55,370 nucleotides of DNA from assembly GCA_964342815.1 (NCBI GenBank), contig CAYFHS010000026.1, positions 1-55,370 on the forward strand, in the 5' to 3' direction. This stretch comes from an uncultured archaeon (GTDB lineage: Archaea > Thermoplasmatota > Penumbrarchaeia > JASLWR01). Position numbers and translations under genes: made by a program. Positions 10,488 through 21,400 of this stretch are shown in pieces. The notes below the pieces were generated by a model that was not told the DNA's origin, searched no databases, and was given only the letters and a program-made list of their open reading frames with translations. The first letter of the stretch is position 1. Each line of letters begins with the position of its first letter.

Positions 10488-13400
10488 ATGATGAACAATG
10501 ACGATCAATGGTTAAGATTGGCAGCTCTGTCCCTGGTTTTATGTATCATTGGCGGCAGCTGCGCGGTACTTATTGATGAATTTATTCCCAACACAGACAT
10601 CAACACAAGCTCTGAGGTAGAGAAAACTCCAGAAGTCCAGGGAAAATACGATTCAGATAAACGAGGTCAGCTGCATCCATTCAATCCAAGCCGGTGGTCC
10701 CCCGATTGGGTTCTTGTGACTTCAGGCGGTGTAGGGCGGTACTATGATAAACAACCCCGCCGCGATACCCAAAAAACACCTTTGTGGTATTATAATGATG
10801 CCATAAGCAAAGGAGGACGGATCCCGAAAGAACAGGAGCTGGTTGATTGGGGAAGCCAGTGGGGACGAAACAATATCGGCAGCAGTGCTGACGTCATGTA
10901 TGTCAAAACCGAGAACCCCTTGGACCTAAGATGGACCGATAGGCCCGGATGTAGGTGCGATCAAGATGTACAATTAAATGGCCGAATACCCACAGGAGGC
11001 GGGGGTGGGGTTATCTATCTTTGGGATACTCTGTACGCAAGTGTGGTCATGACGAAAGATACGGCTCTTACGGATCCCGGAAACCAGGAATATATTTGCT
11101 ACTCGGAGTACAGACCCTATAATATTAGCGTCAAGGTGGGTACGACAGATTTTTTAACCGACGCAAAGGAAATGAATCTTTACCTGGACTACAATCATAC
11201 AAATGCAACCCTGAATTACAACTGGATGAACCAGACCTTCTATAAAACCCAAGACCCCAACGGACACGTGGAAGTTCTTCTTGACAAATGCACTGTAGCT
11301 AATGATGGTGTGGAATTCTGGTGGTTAAATTTCACTGTCATCTTCAATTTCACTTTTCCACACGAACGCCTTGTAGATTGTTACGTCGAGACCCTTGCTA
11401 CTAATGGCGATAATTCACGGGATTTTTTCCCATGGCTTTTCCGGGTTGAGAACGATTTTGAAATGGAAGGTACCCCTGAGCTGGTTGGAGAGTATCAGGG
11501 AAAACTCGAAGAAGGAGATTGGATACAAGGTAACGAGACCATCACTCTTTCGAATCTCACTGTGAAGTACGCGGACACATTCAATATTTATCCCGATGAC
11601 CGTTATTTCGACGTCACCCTTACGGACACGGAAGGGAATATCTACTGGGACAACGAATCAAGCGGTGAAGAGGTGCAAATAGAGTTTCCGTCGAGAAATT
11701 TAACCGACCTAAGGGAAAAATATTACATAACCATCGAAAACCTTCCAGGGCGGGCCATTTGCATGAGCAATTTCACTTTTCCGGTAACTATCGATAACGA
11801 GGCACCTGCGGCACCCTTCAATGTGATTTGCCATGCCGACAGTTTCAGGGACAAAGAAACGGAAAATACAGACCAGACCGAAACCTTCGTAACCTGGGAA
11901 CCGGTGGAGGATTTTGAATCTCAATTATTGGGTTATTATTATTCTCTAACCGATAATTCTGGAACGGATAACGGGACGTTTCTAAATTTAACGGAAGTGC
12001 ATATTGAAAATCTTGACGAGGGAGATATCTCGATTTACGTCTGGAGTGTTGACAATGTCGGTAACATAGGTACTGCGTCTAGTTCGGGAATAAGAGTGGA
12101 TCTAACCCCACCTGTATTCAGTGATCTCATTCCCATGGATGGTTCCTGGTTCAATCATAGCGATATCGAATGTTCGGTGATAATTCAAGATCTCAACGGA
12201 TCCGGTGTTGACGCAAGTACCATCGAATACTCAATTTCTTCTCGCGGTTCCGGCGCTTTCGTCCAATGGATACCTGCTTGGCTGCCCTATGATCAGATTA
12301 CAGTGAATCCCACTGTGATATACAACTTCCCGGAGGGGGATACAAACTACATCAAGTGGAGGGCTAAGGACGTGTCGGAGAACGGATTTGTGGAATCGAA
12401 TCCCGTAAATGTTAAAGTTGACATTACCCCGGTTGAATTTGCCCCCGAGATCAGCCCACAGATCGAATGGTATAGCAAACACGAGATTACTTCGACGATA
12501 TTTATCAGTGACATTGGTTGTGGTGTTGATACTGATCGGATCGAGGTGCGGATTTCTACTACAGGTTCCAGTGATTTTGATCCGTGGTTACCTGTCGATC
12601 CGGAAAATATCACCTTAGCCCAGGATGGTTATGAGATTTCGGTCACCTTTCGTTATGCCGAAGGGAAAGATAACTATCTCATGTTCCGGGGAACGGATCT
12701 TGTAGGTAATCCTTATACCCAGTCTAAGAAATTTAACCTGAAGATCGACACAACTCCGGTTTATTTCAGTGATTTCAATATTGACGAAGACGATCCTCTC
12801 GAAGTTTGTGAAGTGGATTGTTTGATCATTATAAGGGATAACGGTTCCGGAGTGGAATCATCCTCAGTTGAATATTCCATTTCCACCGAAGGGGGCGATG
12901 AAAAATTTTTCTCACCCTGGAAAAAGGTTGCTAACGTGGTATCGGGAAATCCTACTCAGGCAACCTTACAGATCGAGTTCGAATGGGGGAGGGAGAATTA
13001 TATTAGATGGAGGGCTAACGACGTGCTGGACTCCGGTTACGGCTATTCCAAAACATACCAAATTTGGATCAATTCAGAACCGCAGGTGACAATCTCATCA
13101 CCCGAATCAAGAATCCTGGTTGACTCGAATGAGTTTGTTCTATTCGATGCAACACTCTGCGAAGATTATGACGGCGACAATCTGACTTTCTTCTGGTCCT
13201 CGAACATTGATCTGAACCGTTCGCTGGGAAATAGTTCACTGTTCAAGGCGAAACTTGCGGTGGGAAACCACAGCATCACTCTGTACGTGTCAGATGGTAA
13301 TGGCAACAATATCAGTAAAAAGTTCAAGGTAAATGTACGAGAAAAGGTTAATACACCGGTGAAACAAGGGCAGGACGAGGAAGGTATTTTTTCTGTCAGC

Positions 13401-14306
13401 AGTAGTGATGATTCTTTATTCTGGTTGATCATAGGGGGTGCTGGAGTATTATTATTGTTGATATTATTGATAATTTTCATTTTGATCGGAAAGAAAAAGA
13501 AGAAGAAAAAGTTAGCTGATGAGACCCTTTTACAGTCACAAATATCTCCAAGTTCATATTACGGACCACCTTCCTCCCCCTATCCCTATGGATATTATCA
13601 ACCTGGAGCTACTCAACAAGGGTATCAGCCGCAAGCTACAAATAATAACTTCGCGCCAGCTTTAGGATATGGTCAGGCCCAACCCAGGCCTATGCTACCT
13701 CCTGCATCAAGCACACAATACCCCCCTGCTCAACCATCTCAAATACCGTATTCCCCGAACGATCAAACGGTGGCTCAAATCCCGCAAAATTCGTCCTCCT
13801 CTACATTCGGACACACCGGTGATTTGTCCTATTCGCTTCCCATGTTCACAACCGAACAGGGAAACCAGAATCTGACCCGAATGGCCCTTCCGCCTGGCCC
13901 GGATGCCGTTGAACCAACCGATTTGTCCCAGGGAACGTATCCGCCACCTTCAGATGTTTCGTTACCCGGGATAGAAAACATTCAGTTCCAGGGAACCCAT
14001 CCACCTTCGCCCAATGTTCCGGATATTAATGCGATCCCGCCAATTCCACTGCAAGATACTTCCGCACCACCGGTGCCCACAGGATCTGAGCCTGACATTT
14101 CAGGAACCTTGGATGATATATTCAACGGAGCGCTTCTCGAAGGACTTCCGCCCCTCCCCGAAGCACCAACCCCCGAACCTAATGTTCAGGAAATAATGAT
14201 GCAGTGCCATTCTTGTGGAAACAGTTATCAGGCGAATATTTCTCAACTTCCCGCAGTAGTTACCTGCACACATTGCCAGACACAGGGCATGGTAGAGTCC
14301 TTGTAA
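10488..14306 (+). CDS. Giant single-pass surface protein, triplet paralog 1 (head, beta-sandwich body, FN3-like, Ig-like x3, PKD-like, TM, poly-K, Pro/Gln-rich tail, C-terminal zinc ribbon)
   Basis: Signal peptide; FN3-like APAAPFNV...TWE..GYYYSL; TM LFWLIIGGAGVLLLLILLIIFILIG followed by K7; terminal CHSC...CTHC. Start may be ATG 10491. Confidence 0.92.
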   Translation: MMNNDDQWLRLAALSLVLCIIGGSCAVLIDEFIPNTDINTSSEVEKTPEVQGKYDSDKRGQLHPFNPSRWSPDWVLVTSGGVGRYYDKQPRRDTQKTPLWYYNDAISKGGRIPKEQELVDWGSQWGRNNIGSSADVMYVKTENPLDLRWTDRPGCRCDQDVQLNGRIPTGGGGGVIYLWDTLYASVVMTKDTALTDPGNQEYICYSEYRPYNISVKVGTTDFLTDAKEMNLYLDYNHTNATLNYNWMNQTFYKTQDPNGHVEVLLDKCTVANDGVEFWWLNFTVIFNFTFPHERLVDCYVETLATNGDNSRDFFPWLFRVENDFEMEGTPELVGEYQGKLEEGDWIQGNETITLSNLTVKYADTFNIYPDDRYFDVTLTDTEGNIYWDNESSGEEVQIEFPSRNLTDLREKYYITIENLPGRAICMSNFTFPVTIDNEAPAAPFNVICHADSFRDKETENTDQTETFVTWEPVEDFESQLLGYYYSLTDNSGTDNGTFLNLTEVHIENLDEGDISIYVWSVDNVGNIGTASSSGIRVDLTPPVFSDLIPMDGSWFNHSDIECSVIIQDLNGSGVDASTIEYSISSRGSGAFVQWIPAWLPYDQITVNPTVIYNFPEGDTNYIKWRAKDVSENGFVESNPVNVKVDITPVEFAPEISPQIEWYSKHEITSTIFISDIGCGVDTDRIEVRISTTGSSDFDPWLPVDPENITLAQDGYEISVTFRYAEGKDNYLMFRGTDLVGNPYTQSKKFNLKIDTTPVYFSDFNIDEDDPLEVCEVDCLIIIRDNGSGVESSSVEYSISTEGGDEKFFSPWKKVANVVSGNPTQATLQIEFEWGRENYIRWRANDVLDSGYGYSKTYQIWINSEPQVTISSPESRILVDSNEFVLFDATLCEDYDGDNLTFFWSSNIDLNRSLGNSSLFKAKLAVGNHSITLYVSDGNGNNISKKFKVNVREKVNTPVKQGQDEEGIFSVSSSDDSLFWLIIGGAGVLLLLILLIIFILIGKKKKKKKLADETLLQSQISPSSYYGPPSSPYPYGYYQPGATQQGYQPQATNNNFAPALGYGQAQPRPMLPPASSTQYPPAQPSQIPYSPNDQTVAQIPQNSSSSTFGHTGDLSYSLPMFTTEQGNQNLTRMALPPGPDAVEPTDLSQGTYPPPSDVSLPGIENIQFQGTHPPSPNVPDINAIPPIPLQDTSAPPVPTGSEPDISGTLDDIFNGALLEGLPPLPEAPTPEPNVQEIMMQCHSCGNSYQANISQLPAVVTCTHCQTQGMVESL

Positions 14307-14437
14307 GTTTTTATTGATGATGGTTGAAGCGGTTAATTAAATAATTTATAAATACGTGGAAGTCAATGTTTTCATCATTATTTCAAAATCAATTTAAATA
14401 ATTTGATAAATATTAGTTTTGTTGGATTAGTGAAAAC

Positions 14438-17400
14438 ATGAATCTGAAAGCACGATGTATAATATTGGCGTCGATTTCAATTGTTTTATGTATGATCGGA
14501 GCGGGATATTCTACAATAATCGATGAATTGATATTAAGTTCTGATATGGATTCTATTGTAAAGGTTGAAAAAATTCAAGATAACAGTGGAGAATACGAGG
14601 AAAGTAACCGGGGCCAGTTACATCCATTCAATCCAAGCCGATGGTCCCCTGATTGGGTTCTGGTCACCTCGGGAGGTGTGGGGAGATATTATGACAAGGA
14701 ACCGCGTCGGGACCGAGGAAAATCACCAAGATGGTATTATAATGACGCAATAAGCAAAGGAGGGCGAATACCTAATTACCAGGAGCTTTGGGATTGGGCT
14801 AACCAATGGGGACGCAATAACGTGGGAAGTAGTGCGGATGTAATGTACGTGGCTCGTGATAATCCCTTGGACCTGAGGTGGACGGATAAACCTGGTTGCA
14901 ACTGCGATGGGGATCTGAATGAAGATGGCTCCATAACCACCGGAAATAATGGAGGCGTCATCTACCTATGGGAAACACTCTACGCCAGCGTGATCATGAC
15001 TAAGGATACCGCCCTGACAGATCCCGGAAACCAGGAATATATTTGCTACCCGAGGTACAAGCCCTATAACATAAGCGTAAAGGTTGGCATGACCGATGCT
15101 CTTACCGATGCAAAAGAGCTGAATCTCTTTCTGGATTACAACAATACTAACGCAACGTTGAATTACAACTGGATGAATCAGACATTTTACAAGACACAAG
15201 ACCCCGACGGCCATGTAGAGGTTCTTCTTGACGAATGTACTGTGGCAAACGATGGCGTAGAATTCTGGTGGGTGAATTTTACGGTAATATTCAATTTTAC
15301 GTTTCCTCACGAAAGGCTCGTGGATTGTTACGTGGACACCCTTGCAACAAACGGGGACAATTCAAGGGATTTCTTTCCATGGCTGTTTCGCGTGGAAAAT
15401 GATTTTGAGATGGATGGAACCCCCGAGATCACAGGAGAGTATCAAGGTAAACTTAAAGAGGGAGATTGGATACGTGGCAATGAAACCCTCATACTGTCGA
15501 ACCTTACTGTTATGTATGCGAATACGTTCAATGTACATCCCGATGATCAATATTTCGACGTCACACTAACTGACTCCCTGGGAAATATATACTGGGACAA
15601 CGAATCAAGCGGCGAGCAAGTTATTATTGAATTCCCATCGAGAAATCTCACCGACCTTAGAGAGAAATATTATATCACAATAACGAACCTTCCTGGTAGT
15701 ACAATCTGTATGAGCAATTTCACCTTTCCAGTAAAAATCGATGCCGAAGCTCCTGCTGCGCCCTTCAATGTTGTATGCCATGCAGACAGTTTCAGGGATA
15801 AGGAAACTGAAAATACAGACGAGACCGAAACCTTCGTAACATGGGAAGAAGTAGAAGATTACGAATCCATGCTCTTGGGTTATTATTACTCATTGGTAGA
15901 TAATTCCGGGACGGATAATGGGACATTTATAAATAAAACCGAGGTCCATATTGAAAAACTCCTCGAGGGTGATATCCTGGTGTATGTCTGGTGTGTCGAT
16001 AATGTCGGAAACATCGGCTCGGCATCAAGCTCGGGAATCAGGGTCGATCTGACACCGCCGGTATTCAGTGATCTAATTCCAGCTGACGGTTCATGGTTCA
16101 ACCACAGTGACGTAGAATGTTCGGTCATAATAACGGATAACGGATCTGGTGTCGATGCAAGCACAATTGAGTACTCTATTTCTTCACGTGGCGCTGGTGG
16201 TTTCGTCCAATGGATACCTGCTTGGCTTCCCTATGATCAGGAAACCGTGAATCCAATTATAACTTACAATTTCCCCGAAGGGGATACCAACTACATCAAG
16301 TGGAGGGCCAAGGACGTATCGACGAATGGATTCGTGGAATCAGATCCCGTAAATGTAAAAATTGATATAACACCCGTTGAATTTGGGGTCGAGATCAGCC
16401 CCCAGATCGATTGGTACAGTACCCATGAGATAAGTTCGACGATATTTATCAGTGACATTGGTTGTGGTGTTGATACTGATCGGATAGAGGTCAGGATATC
16501 GACATCGGGATCAAGTGATTTTGGTAAATGGCTTCCCGTCGACCCAACCAATATAACCGACGCACAGGAAGGATATGAGATATCTGTTACCTTCAAGTAT
16601 GCTGAAGGGAGCGATAATTATCTCATGTTCCAGGGAACTGACCTTGTAGGCAATCCATTTACACAATCAAAAAAATTCAATCTGAAGATGGATACGATTC
16701 CCGTATATTTCACTGATTTCAATCTTGAAGGGGAAAACCCACTGGATGTGTGTGAAGTCGATTGTTTGATCATCATTAGAGATAACGGTTCGGGAGTAGA
16801 AACATCATCTGTTGAATATTCAATTTCCACAGAGGGAAAAGATGAGAAATTTTTCTCACCCTGGAAAAAGGTTGCCAACGTTGTATCGGGAAATCCTACT
16901 CAGGCAACCTTGCAGATCGAATTCGAATGGGGTAGAGAGAATTATATTAGATGGAGGGCAAACGACGTGCTGGACTCAGGATTCGGTTATTCAAAGACAT
17001 ATCAAATATGGATCAATTCAGAGCCGCAGGTGACCATCTCATCTCCCGAATCCAGAATCGAGGTTGACTCGGATGAGTTTGTTCTGTTCGATGCAACACT
17101 CTGCGAAGATTATGATGGTGACAATCTGACTTTCTTCTGGTCCTCGAACATTGATCTGAACCGTTCGCTGGGAAATAGTTCACTGTTCAAGACGAAACTT
17201 GCGGTGGGAAACCACAGCATCACTCTGTACGTGTCAGATGGTAACGGCAACAATATCAGCAAGAAGTTCAAGATCAACGTACGTGAAAAAATTGATCCCC
17301 CGGTTGATAACACCCCGAAAGATAATGGAATTTTTTCTGCCGGTAGTGCTGATGATTCACTTTTCTGGTTAATAATCGGTGGGGCCGGTGTTTTATTTCT

Positions 17401-18301
17401 ACTGATATTATTGATCTTTTTTATTGTATTGAAGAAGAAAAAGAAGAAGAAAAAGGAGGAACAAGCGTCATTTGAGGCCTCATCGACAGGGCTTTACGGA
17501 CCGCCTTCTTCACCCTATCCACAGGGTTATTATCAACCTCAACCATTTCAGCAGGGATACCAACCCCGACCAACTGGTATCGTTTCTCCACAAAGCATGT
17601 ACGGTCAAATGCAGTCCCGACCTGATCTCACCCCGGCTTCACCTCTTCAATATCCATCCACCCCACAAGCTCAACCACAACTTCCACCGTACAATCCGCT
17701 GCCCAGTCAAACCCAGGCCAATACTTCAGCAGCTACAATGGGACACACAGGGGACATATCATACTCACTTCCGGCTTTTACCACAGACCAGGGTCCCCAG
17801 AATCTTAACCGAATGGCACTTCCACCGGGTCCGACCCCCGACGAATCTACGGTTTCTATCCAGTCACCCGTATCCTCCCCTGAGTTTCCTTTAACCGGAA
17901 CCACCGAATTGCCTTTCCCGGGTAGTACTTATACTCCGGAAATTACTCCGCCCATAAATGTAACTCCTCAACCCGTCGATTCGATTTCTGCCCCTTTTCC
18001 TCCGGCAGTTCCCCCTGCTCTGGACGTAGCCCCACCGACACCGGTTCCCCAAACTGCTTCACCACCGGTACCGTTGGAATCCGCAGCGAACACTCCTGAA
18101 GACTTGAACGATATATTTGGCATAAAGGCTCCGGAAGAACCCCCAGCACCGCCTTCACCCCCCACACCGGAATCGGAGGCCACGTCAATAATGATGCAGT
18201 GCCATTCCTGCGGAAACAGTTACCAAGCAAGTATCGGACAGTTACCAGCCGTTGTGACTTGTTCCTACTGCCAGACACAGGGAATGGTCGAATCATTATG
18301 A
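14438..18301 (+). CDS. Giant single-pass surface protein, triplet paralog 2
   Basis: Colinear with paralog 1 along the whole ectodomain; TM followed by K8; terminal CHSC...CSYC. Confidence 0.92.
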   Translation: MNLKARCIILASISIVLCMIGAGYSTIIDELILSSDMDSIVKVEKIQDNSGEYEESNRGQLHPFNPSRWSPDWVLVTSGGVGRYYDKEPRRDRGKSPRWYYNDAISKGGRIPNYQELWDWANQWGRNNVGSSADVMYVARDNPLDLRWTDKPGCNCDGDLNEDGSITTGNNGGVIYLWETLYASVIMTKDTALTDPGNQEYICYPRYKPYNISVKVGMTDALTDAKELNLFLDYNNTNATLNYNWMNQTFYKTQDPDGHVEVLLDECTVANDGVEFWWVNFTVIFNFTFPHERLVDCYVDTLATNGDNSRDFFPWLFRVENDFEMDGTPEITGEYQGKLKEGDWIRGNETLILSNLTVMYANTFNVHPDDQYFDVTLTDSLGNIYWDNESSGEQVIIEFPSRNLTDLREKYYITITNLPGSTICMSNFTFPVKIDAEAPAAPFNVVCHADSFRDKETENTDETETFVTWEEVEDYESMLLGYYYSLVDNSGTDNGTFINKTEVHIEKLLEGDILVYVWCVDNVGNIGSASSSGIRVDLTPPVFSDLIPADGSWFNHSDVECSVIITDNGSGVDASTIEYSISSRGAGGFVQWIPAWLPYDQETVNPIITYNFPEGDTNYIKWRAKDVSTNGFVESDPVNVKIDITPVEFGVEISPQIDWYSTHEISSTIFISDIGCGVDTDRIEVRISTSGSSDFGKWLPVDPTNITDAQEGYEISVTFKYAEGSDNYLMFQGTDLVGNPFTQSKKFNLKMDTIPVYFTDFNLEGENPLDVCEVDCLIIIRDNGSGVETSSVEYSISTEGKDEKFFSPWKKVANVVSGNPTQATLQIEFEWGRENYIRWRANDVLDSGFGYSKTYQIWINSEPQVTISSPESRIEVDSDEFVLFDATLCEDYDGDNLTFFWSSNIDLNRSLGNSSLFKTKLAVGNHSITLYVSDGNGNNISKKFKINVREKIDPPVDNTPKDNGIFSAGSADDSLFWLIIGGAGVLFLLILLIFFIVLKKKKKKKKEEQASFEASSTGLYGPPSSPYPQGYYQPQPFQQGYQPRPTGIVSPQSMYGQMQSRPDLTPASPLQYPSTPQAQPQLPPYNPLPSQTQANTSAATMGHTGDISYSLPAFTTDQGPQNLNRMALPPGPTPDESTVSIQSPVSSPEFPLTGTTELPFPGSTYTPEITPPINVTPQPVDSISAPFPPAVPPALDVAPPTPVPQTASPPVPLESAANTPEDLNDIFGIKAPEEPPAPPSPPTPESEATSIMMQCHSCGNSYQASIGQLPAVVTCSYCQTQGMVESL

Positions 18302-18402
18302 ATCTACTCTAATCGTCTTTGATAAAACAGTTGTCTCATAATTTTTAAATAGCTGAAAATCAATCTTTTCCAATACTTTTTAATATCAAGTTATTAAAAT
18401 TT

Positions 18403-21400
18403 ATGAGTATAAGGGTGTGGATGAGTGAGATCATGAAAGGTAAAAAATCCTGGACTGTGCCGGTAACAGTTGTAATTTTATTCTCGATGTTTTTTACAGG
18501 TTTATTAATTAACATAACTTATTCTGAACAAAATGAAAATCAATCAATAGAAACCGGCTCTCAGAAAACTATTCAAAATATTCCGCTTGTAGAGGAAAAT
18601 CAATCACGCGGCGGCCTGCATCCGTTCCATGGGGGCTATATTGAGATAAATGGGCTGTATTACGACAATAATGTACGCAGGGATCGGGGATATACCCATC
18701 GCTGGTATTATCTCGACGCTATTAGCAAGGGGGGCCGGATCCCCAATAAAGCAGAGATAACGGCATGGAACGACCGGCGAGGAAGACAAATCGACGGGAG
18801 CATAGACATGCTTTATTGTAAAGATCCAGGGTCTGGTCATCAATTTGCATATACTGACAACCCAATGTGCGGCTGCGATTACAACGTAGCTGAGAACGAG
18901 AATCTTCGAAATCCCAATAACGGCGGCTGTGTATATGTTTGGGACACTCTCTATGCCAGCGTGATAATGACGAAAGATACTGCCTTATCTGATCCCGGAA
19001 ACCAGGATTACATATGCTACTCAAGATACAGACCCTATAATATCAGTGTCCAGGTCGGAACAACCGATGATTTAATGGACGCAGAGGAAGTAAGTCTTTA
19101 TCTGGATTATAATCATACAAATGCAACATTGAAGTATAATTGGATGAACCAGACCTTTTTCAAGCTGCAGGACCCCAACGGACATGTGGAACTTCTTTTG
19201 GATAATTGCAGCGTAACCAACGATGCTGTAGAATTCTGGTGGGTTAACTTCACGGTAATGTTCAATTTTACCTTTCCTCATGAGAGTCTGGTTGATTGTT
19301 TCGTCGAGACCCTGGCCACGAATGGTGACGATTCAAGGGATTTCTTCCCATGGCTGTTTCGCGTGGAGAACGATCTCGAGATGGATGGCACCCCCGAATT
19401 GGAAGGTGAGTACCAGGGTAAGCTCAATGAGGGGGATTGGATACAAGGTAACGAGAGCATTACGCTTTCGAATCTTACTGTAATGTATGCAGACACGTTC
19501 AACGTCTATCCCGATGACCGGTATTTCGATGTCACACTTTCTGACTCCGAGGGAAATGTCTACTGGGATAATGAGAGCAGCGGTGAGGAGGTCCGCATCG
19601 AATTCCCATCGAGAAACAAGACCGATCTCAGAGAAAAATATTACATAACCATAACGAATCTTCTCGGCAAGGCCGTTTGTATGAGCAACTTCACTTTTCC
19701 TGTAAACATTGATGCCGAAGCCCCTGCAGCTCCCTTCAACGTGATATGCCATGCAGACAGTTTCAGGGACAAAGAGACAGAGAATACCGACCAGACGGAA
19801 ACCTTTGTCACCTGGGAAGAGGTAGAGGACTTTGAATCCGGGCTCAAAGGATATTATTACTCCCTTACAGATAATTCCGGAACGGAAAATGGGACCTTTC
19901 TAAATTTAACAGAAGTGCATATTGAAAATCTCATGGAGGGTGAAATCTCAGCATATGTCTGGTGTGTGGATATGGTGGGTAATATAGGACCGGCGTCCTC
20001 CTCCGGAATACTCGTTGATCTTACCCCTCCAGTATTCAGTGATATCATTCCTCTGGATGGTTCCTGGCACAATCACAGCGACGTAGAATGTTCGGTGATA
20101 ATTCAGGATATAAATGGCTCGGGTGTTGATGCAAGCACCATAGAATACTCCGTTTCCTCTTTGGGAACCGGTGCTTTCCTTCAATGGATACCGGCATGGC
20201 TTCCCGATGACCAGGAGACCGCGAATCCGATCATTACATACAATTTCCCCGAGGGAGATACCAACTACATCAAATGGAGGGCAAAGGACGTATCGGAGAA
20301 CGGATTCGTCGAATCCGATCCAGTGAATGTTAAAATTGACATTACCCCTGTTGAATTTGCTTCCGAGATATCTCCACAGATCGATTGGTATGGTAAAAAC
20401 GAGATAAGTTCGACTATATTTATTAGTGACATAGGCTCCGGTGTTGATATTGATCGTATCGAGGCAAGGATTTCCACATCGGGCTCAAGTGATTTTGATA
20501 AATGGCAAAGCGTTGACCCTGCCAACATCACTGAGGTTCAGGACGGTTATGAAATAACTGTGGGCTACAGCTATAAGGAGGGAAGCGATAACTATTTAAT
20601 GTTTCGTGGTACCGATCTGGTAGGCAACCCCTATGCACAATCGAAGAAATTCAATCTAAAGATCGATACCACCCCTGTTTATTTCTCTGATTTTAATCTG
20701 GAAGATGAAAATCCACTGGACGTCTGCGAAGTCGATTGTTTGATCATCATAAGGGACAACGGCTCCGGTGTGGAAACTTCATCCGTGGAGTATTCAATAT
20801 CAACAGAAGGTGGCGATGAGGAATTTTTTTCTCCATGGAAAAAGGTTTCAAACGTAGTATCTGGGAATCCCACCCAGGCAAGTATTCATATCGAATTTGA
20901 ATGGGGAAAGGAGAATTACATCAGGTGGAGGGCCGACGACTTACTAGCCACAGGATATGGTTATTCGAAAATATATCAAGTTTGGATAAATTCAAAACCA
21001 GAGATTACGATCTCATCACCCGAATCCAGGATAGAGGTAAGCTCAGATGAATTTGTTTTATTCGATGCGACACTAAGCGAAGATTTCGATGGTGACGAAC
21101 TGACGTTCTTCTGGTCTTCGAACATTGAGCTGAACCGTTCGCTGGGAAATAGTTCGTTGTTCAAGGCCAGATTGGCAGTTGGAAACCATAGCATCACCTT
21201 ATTTGTCTCGGATGGCAACGGTAACAATATCAGTAAGAAGTTCAAGGTCAACGTAAGGGAAAAGGTCTATGCACCGGATGATGTCGAACAGGACGATGAG
21301 GGCATTTTTTCCGTGGGGAGTGGAGACGATTATTTATTCTGGTTTATAATCGGTGGGGCCGTTGTTTTACTTCTCCTGATCCTCCTGATTTTTTTTATCG

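Noticed and set aside
13490-13511. Poly-A slippage/phase variation at the poly-Lys after the TM
   Set aside because: Lys codons alternate AAG/AAA so long A runs are avoided; this is an ordinary positive-inside stop-transfer patch.
10662-18954. Diversity-generating retroelement acting on the CLec-like heads
   Set aside because: No reverse transcriptase or template repeat in the window. Differences between heads are spread over all bases and synonymous sites rather than adenine-specific, and the variable domain is N-terminal.
12347-21251. Recurrent antisense or alternate-frame ORFs at equivalent positions in the three paralogs (e.g. 12347-12613, 16291-16596, 20265-20531; 12868-13089, 16812-17033)
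   Set aside because: Their recurrence follows from paralogy of the host genes; starts and lengths are inconsistent and there are no SD or promoter signals.
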